Below, piece after piece: positions 52,001 through 64,000 of a stretch of DNA of 64,000 bases. The notes beneath the pieces were generated by a model. That model saw only the letters and a program-made list of their open reading frames with translations, did no database searches and was not told the DNA's origin. The DNA is taken from positions 9,302,001 through 9,366,000 of the forward strand of contig OZ076409.1 of NCBI GenBank assembly GCA_964187785.1, written 5' to 3'. Position numbers and translations under genes: made by a program. Positions within the stretch are counted from its first letter, which is position 1; each line of letters opens with the position of its first letter. Origin of the DNA: Amphiscolops sp. MND2022. Taxonomy: Eukaryota.

Positions 52001-52533
52001 TAGTACGTAGTTTCAAGCACGTGTTCTACGCTGTCATCGGAAATAGACGTCTGACAGACGAAATCCTTGCAACTACGTTCTGCCTCGTGGAACAAAGTTT
52101 GAATGCACGACCATTAGTACCTGCTAGTGCAGATGCAACCGATTTGGACGCCTTAACTCCAAACCATTTTCTACATGGAACTTCAAGTTCAGTACTGCCT
52201 TCGCATCAGCAAGCAGACATCGACCATCGCAAGTGTTACGCTCGAGCGCAAGCTTATTCCGATACAATATGGTACAGGTGGTTAAGAGAATACGTTCCCA
52301 CTCTGAACCGCCGTTCGAAGTGGTCATCGCACTCAAACAGAGATCTTAAGACCGGAGATCTTGTGTGGATTGTTGAACCGACCTCACCTAGAGGGCACTA
52401 TCCACTAGCTCGTGTCGTAAAGCTTAACTTCGGTACAGACGCCGTCGCCAGGTCCGCTGAAGTCAGAACAGCATCTGGTAACCTTGTACGCCCAGTGATC
52501 AAACTCGCTCCCGTCCTTCCCCTTCCCGAATAA
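46041..52533 (+). pseudogene. BEL/Pao gag-pol polyprotein with few lesions
   Basis: FNGDPLQWHEW gag motif, three Cys/His knuckles, protease LCDSACSHS, RT WYLPHH / ADIEGMF / FYMDD, Pao RNase H (ELHVFGDSS, PKLEL, NPAD), integrase (RSDNGTNF, GGVWERLV). Confidence 0.95.
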
Positions 52534-52687
52534 ACAATGTTCTGTTTCTTCCACTTCCTTCATTTATGCTTCACGTATCAATATGTATGAAAAAATTAAT
52601 TTTCATGTAAAAACATGTTTCACAAAACATTTTTAAAAAAATTCTTTTTTTGCACTATAAAACGTTCATCTTTTTGGGCCCGGAGGA

Positions 52688-53002
52688 TGTTGCGGTAGCA
52701 ATATCGGTAATTTAAAGCAAACAAATAATAAGGCAGCTTGGCCTAGCGGTAGAATACAAAGCCGGTACTTGACCGGCGTGGGTTCGATTCCCGGACATGT
52801 AAAATATTTTATATTTTGGAAATGTCTCTTCGATTTTGGTAGAAATACTCTCGAAAAAGCCTTGCTATTCAGGTTAAAAAGTGACTCATATTGTGTGATC
52901 AAGTTTTGACTTGGCGGTTAATAACAATAAATTTAACTCAACTTTCATTGTTATTTTAATTTTGATTGACAATACAATCTTTAGTGCTTCTAAAGATTTT
53001 CA
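52688..53002 (+). repeat. BEL/Pao 3' LTR
   Basis: Direct repeat of 44072-44385. Confidence 0.95.
52732..52810 (+). ncRNA. tRNA-like Pol III module inside the BEL LTR (second copy at 44116-44193)
   Basis: A-box-like TGGCCTAGCGG (52739), hairpin GCCGGT-ACTTG-ACCGGC, B box GGTTCGATTCC (52781), then a T run. No acceptor stem, so not a true tRNA. Confidence 0.6.
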
Positions 53003-53021
53003 AACAGTTATCATGCTAAAA

Positions 53022-53331
53022 ACGCATACTGACGCATACTCGTCTTTATTCGATCCGCATACTGCCGCATACTCTTCATCTGTAATCCGCATACTGCCGC
53101 ATACTCTTCATCTGTATTCCGCATACTGCCGCATACTCGTCTTTACTCAATCCGCATACTGCCGCATACTCTTCATCTGTAATCCGCATACTGCCGCATA
53201 CTTTTCATCTGTAATCCGCATACTGCCGCACACTCGTCTTTACTCGATCCGAATTACTGCCGTATAGTCGTCTTACCTCGATCCGCATAGTAACGTATAG
53301 TCGTCACATCTCGATCCGCACAGTGACGTAT
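53022..53331. repeat. 32-33-bp minisatellite, 10 units, in the other LTR of element C
   Basis: Same unit as 41566-41780. Confidence 0.9.
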
Positions 53332-53759
53332 AATTTGTTCAAGTTCCACATATTAGCATAAATTTAGCTCTCACAAATTGTGAACAAGAATTATGAGTCA
53401 GATCAGTATCTAGTGATGAATGAAATTTACGCTTCTAATACTTCACATGTATACCAATGTAAAACAGAACTCAGTTTGAAATAAAAACAACAAATATGAA
53501 ATTACATGACTAAGTTATGATGTTAGGGGGATTGGTTTATAGTCCTTGTTGAACAAGTAAAGTTGATAATCTGCTAAAAACCGGGTTTGACAGTTTCTAG
53601 TTTCCTTACAAATTGCCCCATGGCTCCAACACAACAGTGGGGTTGTGACAGTCCCGTACTTTTTCAAAGGAAAATAGAGCTGCAACAAGCCCGTCGACCG
53701 AGGATCTGAACCTTCCATTCATGTCCCAGACTGCCTCCCTGTCCTCCCCCGGAGAACGA

Positions 53760-54679
53760 ATGCAGTCAGACGCGGCCCTAGATCTGATAAACATATCTAG
53801 CAGTTCAGACGAAGGATTTGTAGTGTAACCTTTGACTTTGACTGAAATGAAAGATAGGTTCAGAGTCGCTCTTCATCAATTGCGAGCATGCCCGTTGCCT
53901 TCATAGGATCTACGGAAGCTTCGTTGTTCGTGACCAACTCAATGGAAACAGAATCACGAGGATGCATAGATACAAGGGGGATAACTATTGAGTCCGAACT
54001 GATGGACTTGTTGAACGATATACCTGACATTTCCCCAGTGACATTCATCGATAGCTCAGAAGAAGAGATGGACCCATTTCCAGAAGCTAACTTTGCGAAT
54101 GTGCAAAGAAATGCATATGGACGTCCCACACAAAGAGTATATCCTATCCCTAGACCCCAAGTTACAAACCCGGGACAACGACCAGAAGCAACACGTGACA
54201 TCAATCCTCCGACGATACCTAGTCAGGTGAGTGCTTTCACAGCATATATTGCCCCGCAACAAAGGACAGCTGACTTTAATGCACGACCAGTTCAACAAGC
54301 CGCATACCTGCCGATGCCTGTGCCATTCTACCCCAATGGGTGGAACAACCAAGGTTGTGGGCCGGTTAACAACAATGCACACTCAATCCCATCAAACAAC
54401 GCCTTTCCCCAGAATGGACCAATACTCCAGATGAACCCACCCGTTATGCCCGAAGTTGCGGGATACTGCTCCAGTTGCATGAAAACAAACGATCACATTG
54501 CAGTTGAAACCTTGACTAGCTACATTGCCTGGTCAGAATACCCTGAAGAAACTATTCGAGATCGGAATATGAGGTCGAGAGCTTTTGTGGACGGGTTTGG
54601 AGCAGCCCTGATCTGTTTTAAAAATGCTGGACTGTCGCCCGGTTACCCTTGCGAGATGTCCGGGGTGCAGCACCGGTAA
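53760..54679 (+). CDS. ORF X homologue lying upstream of the D LTR (N-terminus disrupted)
   Basis: LINISSSSDEGF near 53780 matches INISSNSGEEF of A; 263-aa ORF 53888-54679 shares the C-terminal domain. Confidence 0.8.
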
Positions 54680-56366
54680 GCAGATCAGTACTGCATCATC
54701 CTTCACAATGCCCGAAGACCCAATGCCAGCCTTATGAACTTTGAAAAACATTCAAACTAAACCATAAACTGAGACATTTGTTCTCAAATAACTGTTCTCG
54801 TTGCTATTTCTTATGTTTGTTTAAGTTAAACCGTTAGTTGATGTTGGTTTTTGTGGACTTACGTCCTGTTTGATTTACATGTGACAACGGCCTAACCGTT
54901 GAAAAAAGACAAAGAAAAAGACAAAAGCTCAATAAACTAGTCATTAGTGACGATGTTACTAATCTGACCAGATCCAAATCTCTGTTTTGCTCCACAGTTA
55001 TATTGTAGGAAATTGTGGTATACATGACAGTAATTTCAATATTTTAGTCAAGTTACATCATGGTTATGCAAGAAGTGTGTGAAATCAGTATGATGTTTTA
55101 TCTTGAATGCAGCATGACAAAATATCCCTCCAAAATAGTACTAAATTATGCTGCTTTATACGGTTTGTAATGATCGGCATATTCGGTATTTTTAGTAAAA
55201 CAGCATAATATGGATATATATACTGTCGCTTATGCTTTATACCGTATTATACTGGAAATGCTCAAAAACAGCATGATGATTTAACTCAAAAACGGCATAT
55301 GAAGGAAACTCTGGAAAACAGCATGATGTTCACACTCGAGAACAGCATAATGACCGCCAGCACCACGGCACTGTTCAATCGTACTGTATTATGCGGTTTT
55401 CATGAAACTGCATATGCAGAATTATATCGGAAAACAGCATAAATTGCATAATATTACACATTAATCCGCCGCTACATTGATGCTTTATGTAGACCTTCTT
55501 GGGACATGATTTCATGATTTATTTTTAACTTCTGACCCTAGAAACATGACGTAATGACGATTTTTGTAAAAATGCTGGTCATGCTACTAAAAATATTACC
55601 CAATGAAATCATTTTGTAGATACTTTTGAAATCAGTGTTTCCATTATCATTCGACAAGATAAGATGCAGAAATCAGTCACTCTAAATCAGAGAACTGCTT
55701 TCCATCAATTCCAAACTTTGCAGTTTCTTTCATTGTAAAGATAACTCCAAATTTTCATTTCTACAATATCTTTGAATATCAAAGATTTCCCTCAACTTGA
55801 AGTAGTTTTCAACATGGGAAATAGAAGGAACAGACGTACAAGGAGAAATGAGTCTCAGTCTCCAGAGAGAGATGAGAATATGTCAGAAACAAGCCTTCTA
55901 CAAGGTAATGCGACTTTAACTAATGTTTCTGAAATTGTTAATAACGTTTTTGACAGGAACTTAGGTAGCGAACTAACGGAACCATCACAAATCAGTAATG
56001 AGATAGAAATAATTTCTCAAAGGCTGTCTGAACAAAACAGTAACAAGATGACACAGATAGAACACCAGTTGAATAACAAATTTGAAGAAATACTTAAAGA
56101 AATCAGAGCAAACAAAAACTGTAACACAATAACTGATGAGGAGGACGTTGAGAGTAGACAGGCAGGTCCTTCAAATGCAAAACCCAAGGGTCTCAGGAAC
56201 AAACACGCATCGAACATGACAATAGAAAGAGATCAGGATGATCGGTTTTACTCGTCTGAAATGAGTGAATTAAGGCAACCATATACTCCGATTGGAATTA
56301 CAGATGAGACTTTAGATGAGACCATAATAATAAACGAAAACAGACAGGAAAATGCCGATCATCACA
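54633..56366 (+). repeat. Inferred ~1.7-kb LTR of element D
   Basis: Start placed by analogy to A (AAAAATGCTGGAC then TGTCGCC); ends TCACA before the PBS TGGTGACAGG at 56367. Partner LTR is not in the window. Confidence 0.7.
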
Positions 56367-59300
56367 TGGTGACAGGACCTACCAAGAACATCCTGAGACA
56401 AAATTCCAGTAATTCCAACACAACAAACCCAGTGGGACCACACGCAGAAACTCTTTTTGAACACCCTCAATCATCAGATCCTGTTAGCCAAATTGCTTTA
56501 GCAATCAAAAAACTGGCACATAAAAACCAAGAACTCTCAATCGTCCACCCGAAAAATACACTTACCTTCAATGGTAAACTAGAAAAAAACGAAATGTTCG
56601 AATACTTCGAAGATCTTTTCCACACAACACTTAAAATGCAACCACGTCTCACGGAAGAAGTGAAAATAAACCACTTTCACGCCCACCTCAGAGGGCTAGC
56701 ACTGAAAACATTCAAAAATATACAACGAACACCCACAACAACACTCGAAGACATCTTGGTAGTCTTCCGCAGAACGTATGTAAAGCCTGAATCTAGTGCT
56801 TCAGCCAAACATAGATTTAACAAACTTGTGTTCCAACCTGAAAACCAGAAGCTACCTGACTTTCTTGAAGACAAGAGAGTGCAGAAATAGCATTTGGGGA
56901 AGCAGCGCCACAAATGATCGAATGCCTCCTATACCAAAATGCCTCCCCACTTAAAGAAATCCATCAACCATGCGTACCTTGAAAACGGTACATACGAACA
57001 AATCGTACGACACTTAGAACGCGAAATGGAGCTCAATGGACTCGAAGCAGATGAACCCCTTGTCAAAACACAGATGACAGCAGTAAAACAACAAACAAAC
57101 GTACAAAACACCAAATCTCAGCCACAAAACACAAAAACAAAAAAAAACCCCAAACACAGTCCCCAATAACACGCTCCAGAACAACCAATGTCGCTATTGC
57201 AAGGAAGAAGGTCACATAGCAAAAGAGTGCCCCAAACTTGCAAAACGACAAAAATTGGACAATGATTCAGATGCACCACGATGCGCCCATTGTAACACTA
57301 CAGGTCATGAAGAACCCAATTGTTATTTTGGAGACAACATGGAAAATCGCCCACCCAAGTGGACTCTCACAGAAACTCAACAAAAACTCATTGATGAGTA
57401 TTAAAAATCAAACAAACCCATCAACCCCCGAAACTCGAAACCTTCAACATCGAAGGATTTAAAATAATAAAGCCACGCCTTCAAATAACATCACCACAAA
57501 AACAACTCTCAGCAGATGACTGGCAGCATCCGCCGAGTCCAAAACCTATAAAAATCACAGTCTTCGATCACAACTCGACCAACAAAAACGACTCACATAC
57601 TACAAACACACAAACTACCACACCCGATAACCCATCTGAGGATCTATATGACTTACTCATGGATGCCCCAGATAACTACATACTCCGCCAAACCTTCGAA
57701 CCTGAAATCGAGCTGGAAACAGAAAATCAACACCCCAATACTTCATACACTCAAGAAAACCAAACCGAACACCCAAACACACAATCCACATCAACAACTC
57801 AAACTGACAATGAAACCATGTCAGGATTAACAAAAACTTTTTTTAATGCATCACCTGGGAAACAACCCCTCCTTGACAATGATGTTTTCAATCATCTAAC
57901 TACAGATGAAGGCAACAACATCATGTACTTAAACCTCTCAACAAACCTAACCCTCAAAAAGAAACGTCATATGTATTATTTCCCATGGATTTCGAAAAAT
58001 TAACCCTGGATGGACTCATAGATACAGGCGCCCTCACCAGTGCCTTTTCTGAAGCAGATCTCAATAAAATTAAACTACTATCCAATGAAGCAATCAAAGA
58101 CACAGGTCCAGCACCAAACTTCCAAATCATGGTGGCAAATGGTCAACTGGAACGCCCCATTGGAACTGTCCTACTTGAATTCGAAGTAGCAGACTTCCAA
58201 TTTCAAGAAAATTTCATCGTCATGAAAACACTACCCAATCCACTCATTGGATTGTGTTTTCTACAAAGACACAATGCCCTTTTTGATATTCGACAAGGAA
58301 TAATATCATTCCCATATTTGTCAATGCAGCTACGACCTGAACACACAACAAACACCCGAGTAGCAACACCTTTGTTGACTGAAACTACCTACACCCTGCA
58401 ACCCGGAGAAACTCTTGCAATCCTCAGCAAAATGCCCCATTTAATAGACCACAATGCAACAGGAACTGTGACTCCGTCTTCACACATGGAGGAACACGAA
58501 AGCATTTTCATTACCTCCTCACTCAGTACGGTAAACAACAATGCAGTATGTTACCAAGTGATTAACTTCTCAGATATGCCTTACACTCCTCCCGTGGATA
58601 CACATATGGCAGATTTCCGAGTACTAACCCCAGAACAAATCAAACACATCAAACCAGTTGACCCATCAACTCTCACCATCATGATGCACCAACACATCGA
58701 AAATACGGATCTATACCTCAACCAACTGATGAAAACAAATCAATCGTCAGACGAACAAGAAACGTACTGGTTCCCGACACCTGAACAACCCGGTGATCCG
58801 ACAACATATACGCCCATTCAACAAAAAAATTTTGACGAACTCACAGAACTTAAACAACTTGAACAACTAAACCCAAACGACAGCGAAGAATCAAAAAAGA
58901 AATTCCTCGACCATTTCGACTGGACCGACACCACTCTCAGCCCATTCGAAAAACAACACATTGAAGACATTCTTGTACAATATCACGACATCTTTGCCAG
59001 ACATCGTTTTGACATTGGCACTAACAGAGAATTTAAGGTTAAATTGACGCATAATGATGATAGACCAGCCTACAGCCAAAGTCTCCCTACGCCAATCAAC
59101 CTCAAGGATGACATAACTGTTGAACTGGCCCTACTCCATCGTTATGGAATCATCACGACCTTACCTTTCTCTAAATATGCAAGCCCCATCTTTGCTCAGC
59201 GAAAACCAAATGGACGTCTCCGCTTTTTGGTGGACCTTCGCAAAATCAACAAACTCATCACACAAGACTACGTAAACAACAACCACCCAGTCAGCACTTT

Positions 59301-62300
59301 GTCGGACGCAGTACAGCACATGGCCGGGAAGAAGCTTTTTTGCAAACTCGATTGCTCCCAAGCATACCATTGTTTGCAGATGGCAGACTACCAGTCAATC
59401 CAGATGCTGGCATTTAATTTTGCTTAAGCCACTCTCTGTCTGCTTTCTCATCCTTTTTGAGAGAATACCTGGACAAAGCGATAAAAGCTGACCAATGCGC
59501 CCAATATGTTGATGACATTTGCATAGCCGCAAATGATTCAACTCAATTGTGCATCAACATCAAAACAGTCTTCGAATGCATTAGAAAAGCAGGCCTCAAA
59601 CTTACCATGGCTAAATGCCATTTTGGAGTCAAACAAGTCGACTTCTTGGGACGAACAATCACCCCAGAAGGAGTTTCTCCACAATCCGAAAAAGTCAAAC
59701 AGTTTCTTCAAAAACTCAACTTTCCAAAATCCAAAAAAGCTCTTCAAAGCTATATTGGGTTTCTCAACTACTACAGAAACTACCTTCCTCGGTTATCAGA
59801 AAAGCTTTCGCCTTTCTTCAAACTGCTCAAAGGAACTTCCCAGTTCTGTATACCAAATACACTCCTAGACACTTTCAATGAACTAAACCAACAACTGGAA
59901 AAATCATGCAGTCTTGCCCTCAAACAACCAATCAAAAACAAACAACTGATTCTCATGACTGACGCCAGTTTTACAGCAGCCGGTTACGCCATCATGATTG
60001 AAGATGATCCTAACCAGAAACTTCAATCCAGAAGAGAAACCTATGCCCCAATCGCGTTTGGGTCAAAAACGTTCAACCCAACCCAACTCAAAATGTCAAT
60101 TTACGCAAAAGAATTCTTAGCAAGTTTTTTTGCGTTTTCCGAATTTGGACATCTCATGTGGGGAAGCGTGTTTCCCGTTATCGTCTTCACAGATAACCGT
60201 TCAGTAACTCGCATCTTCCAAACAAAAATAATAACACCACCTCTCTGGAATGCCTGCGAATATGTCCTATAGTACAATTTCGTCATAGCACATGTAGCAG
60301 GAGCCATGAACACAGCTGCTGATTTCCTTTCAAGAGCCGAAGTAAATCCGACCGAAAAACTCGAAATGAACATCCGAAATGATGTTACAACCAAAGCCAT
60401 CGAAGTCAATATACAGTCCACAGGAGTTGCTGAGGAAGAATCTCTCTACATTCTACCCGAAGAAGTCCTATCAGAACAACAATTGTGGGACGAGAAAGAA
60501 TCACTTCGCAAATCAGCGAAGGAAGAAACTCATAATGAACCAGAAAATGAAATATCCGAACTCCAAAACTTCCATTAACCCACAGCTGGAACAATTGACT
60601 ACAGAGCGGGTCACTTCAAAGACAATGCAAAAACACGTTTAGAACAAAACAACGATCCAGTTTTACGCAACCTTCGAGCAAAAATTCAAGGTGAACCATA
60701 TGACGAAACTGCACTTACACAAGACTATAGATATAAACACTACCTACAAAACATACCTCGTCTCGAAATTCGACAGGAAATCCTTACTATAAGATACTAC
60801 AATGACACGGGTATGATCTCCCATTACCAAATTCTCCTACCCCGACAACTCCTAGATGAATTCTTACATGCTCTTCATGGGCATAATGCAAACCACCCAG
60901 GTATCACAAAGATGATTCAAGAAGCACGACAAAAGTACTATTACCCATGCATTGCCAAACACATCCGATCTTGGGTCACGAAATGTCAAATGTGCATACA
61001 AAACAAACGGATCAGCAATGACCTCCTCAAAACCGAACAATTGCCCGGAATGGGACTTAGGCCCTGAGGATATATTGCAAATGGATAATCTCCCAAACCT
61101 ACCCTCAAGTGGAGGCTATGACATAATCATCACAGCAATAGACGTGTTTCCACGATATCTGTTCGCATATCCAGTCACAAGAATCACTGCCCCAGCAGTT
61201 GCAAAAGTTATCATGGACATTTTATGTAAACACACATACCTACCCACAACAATCATCACAGATATGGGAATACAATTCAATTCTCAGGTTACAAAAGAAG
61301 TAGCTGCAGTTCTGAGTATAGAACTTAAACATGCCACAACAAAACACGCCCAAACAATTGGACTGTTAGAACGCACTCATGCATCAGTCAAAGCACACCT
61401 AAAGGCCGCCACTGGAGAATTCAGAAACAACTGGCATAAGTTTCTACCTTTGGCAGTCCTAAACCACAACACAACCTATCATGCAACACTCGGATGCGAA
61501 CCCACAAGGGTTTTTCACGGACGAACTCCGCACAATATACTAGATTTCAAACTTGGGTATAATCCAAATCTCCGTTTCCAACCCCAAACCGAAGTAGCAG
61601 AAGAGGTTCAAAGACGAATCGCACTACTTCACGATCAGACGGAGAAAAACATAATGCAATCTTACCTTAAATATAAAGCTTACTATGACAGGAAAGCAAA
61701 AGCAGCACCTCTTACATCGTGGGATTATTGCTTTATCTTAAATTCGAAAGCCGACACACAAGCGACCAAAATTCCATTCAGAGAATTTTGTTGGGTAGGA
61801 CCTTATAAGGTCGAGAAAGTCTTACCAAATAATAACTATATCGTCCGAAGATAGGGCACAAACAAAACCCAACTACTCCATCGTATTCGATTACGAATAT
61901 ACATTACACAAGCGCCCTTAGCAGATAATTTCGTAAAAGAAACTGATTGGCAAAATGAAGATACAGTCATTGCCCAAGATGATCTATATGCACACACTAG
62001 GGACACTAATTTTGGATCGAGCCCTTTCGATTCTGAGCACGAAACTAATGATCAGCAAGAAGACATAGTGGAATAAGAACCTGTTTCTCAACCCGAAATA
62101 TACCGCCCTCCCTCCCCCGAAATTTCTCAAAACAGTGGGGGGACCCCAGCAAAACAACCTGCTGTGACTGACGAAGAGCCCCAAACAATCACAAAAGAAC
62201 CTACAGAAAATGAAAATCATAAGCCCATTCCAGAAACTTTAAGAAATCCAGAAATCTCACAAGATACCCCAACCCAAAACTTCCCAAAAACTCCCGAAAA

Positions 62301-62412
62301 TAACCCAGAAATTGATGCACAAAAAACAGAAAAAACAGTTAACACAAGAGGTGAAAAGTACAACCTACGCCCAAGCCCAAACCCTAACTACTCAGACTCA
62401 TACAGATATTAA
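55814..62412 (+). pseudogene. gag-pol of element D, disrupted
   Basis: MGNRRNRR start, two CCHC knuckles (~57188-57325), LIDTGA, YVDD, LMTDASF, integrase 60813-61854, C-terminal YNLRPSPNPNYS. Confidence 0.95.
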
Positions 62413-62658
62413 AAAACGAATCAAGAGACTCAAAGACTTTAACTAGATAACAGTCTCACTTGTTCTTCATTTTTTTCATTTTCTTACCTTCAACTGAAGC
62501 TGAAGGCCTAATTCTCTCTATGAGAAAGATAAAAAACTACAAACCAGACGTAATCAGCCTGATTCGGCAACAACAACAAAACCAAACAAATAATAACAAA
62601 GGCACTCAATATAAATTGACAAATTACAATGAAAAGTATTTAGAAATGTTCGCAAGAT

Positions 62659-64000
62659 TCATTTATCACCAGAATCTTTCTTAGCCTTCTTGCCCTTGAT
62701 TACTAGCTTCTTAGCCCCGCTGGAGCTACTGTCAGAAAGAAACGGGACATCTGCGACTACCCGAGGAACAGAAAATGTCGGAGTCGAAAGTTTAGGACTA
62801 GAACCTTTGGGTTTACCACTTGATTCAGCTCCTCGAGCTCTGCCTGGAAAAGGAGTAGGTTGCACAAATTTGCCACTTGAAAGGATAGGCCCAGGAGCAG
62901 ATGTTTTGGGGCTAACCACAACGGAAGTCCATAAAGCTTCTTCATCGGAGATGGTACACGTATAACGCGACTCCAGTTTGTTAAGCAGTAGGCGCCGTCG
63001 AGAAGAACAGGAAGCAGTGACATCCCAAACTGAAAACGTCGCGTCAGACAGTAAAGCATTGCCTTTACCAAGCAACGAGAAAACAGGTGAGATTGTGCGA
63101 GGATTTGAAAAAAGCCCAGACACATTAGGAATCCCAGATAAAGAGGACTGGATACTTCGGACAGACGATCTAAATTCATCGGCATCAGAAGCTAGCTGAG
63201 GAAGTGTCACGGTGAAATGAGGCGGGATTGCGGAATGATTGGCAAGGCTAAGACAACATAACTTGAAGGCAAGGAACAGGTTCTCACGGCAGTGCATTTC
63301 ATAGTAACCAGACAAGAAATCCACCCATTCTCCGTCATGTTCAATAACATTGGATCCAAACTGAGCGACAAAGGAGTGATATTCGCTGTAAATCAAAGGT
63401 TTTACATTACTGCTGATCCATTTACTCTCCACAAAGAAATCACGAAGCATCTCGCATTCACGAGAGTAATCTTCTTCCTCGCCATGCCGCACGATAGCTT
63501 CATCAAAGATGAAAAATCCTCGAACCAATTTGGATTTACAAACTTTATGGCTCAATAACAACGCACAGATGTTTCTGCAGAAACACAATGCCTGCTCCAC
63601 AAAATGGGTAGGTGTCGGAATGCCCTTCTCAGCTACCAGATTAGCAAAATCTCTATTACGGAGAAAATCTGCAGCAGTCTTTAAAGGAAGGCTGTTTGAT
63701 GAGAGATCAATTGACAGGAAATGATCCCAATCAGACACTTCTCCGAGAATTGACTCCGGAAGGATAGCTTGCAACTGTGAGTAAGTAAAGGTTGCGAAAG
63801 CGCTGTAAAAGCGGAAGATGTCTGGTGATGGCCCATAGACATTTTTGAAGGCAGAATTATCTAAACACAAACGAAATGAAAATGGGGTAAGAAACCCGAT
63901 GACAACCGCAAAAAGGAAAAACTTACAATGCAAGAGAACATTCCGAATCAGGAACAACTTCGCAGGATACGTCTTGTCCTTGTAGGTAGTCTCATCAAGG
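62659..64000 (-). CDS. Last two exons of the antisense cargo gene of element D (intron 63861-63926)
   Basis: Uninterrupted ~400-codon last exon homologous to 12533-13669 (YSQLQAILPESILGEVSDW vs YTQLQKILPDSFLGAISDW). Confidence 0.85.
   Translation of the reverse strand, partial: LDETTYKDKTYPAKLFLIRNVLLHCKFFLFAVVIGFLTPFSFRLCLDNSAFKNVYGPSPDIFRFYSAFATFTYSQLQAILPESILGEVSDWDHFLSIDLSSNSLPLKTAADFLRNRDFANLVAEKGIPTPTHFVEQALCFCRNICALLLSHKVCKSKLVRGFFIFDEAIVRHGEEEDYSRECEMLRDFFVESKWISSNVKPLIYSEYHSFVAQFGSNVIEHDGEWVDFLSGYYEMHCRENLFLAFKLCCLSLANHSAIPPHFTVTLPQLASDADEFRSSVRSIQSSLSGIPNVSGLFSNPRTISPVFSLLGKGNALLSDATFSVWDVTASCSSRRRLLLNKLESRYTCTISDEEALWTSVVVSPKTSAPGPILSSGKFVQPTPFPGRARGAESSGKPKGSSPKLSTPTFSVPRVVADVPFLSDSSSSGAKKLVIKGKKAKKDSGDK

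Larger units (their letters stand above)
44072..53002 (+). mobile_element. Full-length BEL/Pao LTR retrotransposon (8.9 kb)
   Basis: LTRs 44072-44385 and 52688-53002 (TG...CA); TSD AACAG at 44067-44071 and 53003-53007; PBS TGGTGGCC at 44386; GGGCCCGGAGGA tract before the 3' LTR. Confidence 0.97.
40898..53743 (-). mobile_element. Element C: internally deleted member of the A/D family; its PBS-adjacent LTR is interrupted by a BEL/Pao insertion
   Basis: LTR 40898-42096 repeated as 43419-44071 plus 53008-53650; PBS TGGTGACAGGAG from 43418; 1.3-kb interior with scraps of gag (EDYYMVTGA), pol end (DLRPNSNP, ~42975) and ORF X (YDGETVWD...GLS). Confidence 0.85.
53744..64000 (+). mobile_element. Element D: diverged A-family gypsy element, continues past the window end
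   Basis: ORF X, LTR, PBS, gag-pol and antisense gene, each homologous to element A. Confidence 0.92.

Noticed and set aside
1..64000. Assigning the host species
   Set aside because: Only animal origin is supported (spliceosomal introns, NDUFA8, BEL/Pao); anything finer needs a database search.

Overview
Eukaryotic (animal) genomic DNA, almost entirely nested and decaying transposable elements around one recognisable host exon (NDUFA8, minus strand, ~27130-27390). Main components: (A) a complete 16.7-kb Ty3/gypsy element at 5641-22358 (minus; ~1.5-kb LTRs, TGTGC target-site duplication); (B) a ~12-kb gypsy element at ~28600-40870 (minus) with a chuvirus/herpes-gB-like envelope gene; (C) an internally deleted relative of A at 40898-53743 (minus), one LTR of which is split by a complete BEL/Pao element (44072-53002, AACAG TSD) whose LTRs contain a tRNA-like A-box/B-box module; (D) a diverged relative of A at 53744-64000 (plus). 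Also present are a truncated small gypsy element, Tc1-like relics and two MITEs. The most unusual system is the A/C/D family. Its gag starts inside the LTR and reads through the PBS. After pol it carries an antisense, intron-containing zinc-finger gene, with one intron position conserved between A and D. It also carries a sense orphan ORF (ORF X) that runs into the 3' LTR where a polypurine tract would be expected. All calls are from reading the sequence and remembered motifs; no searches were run.
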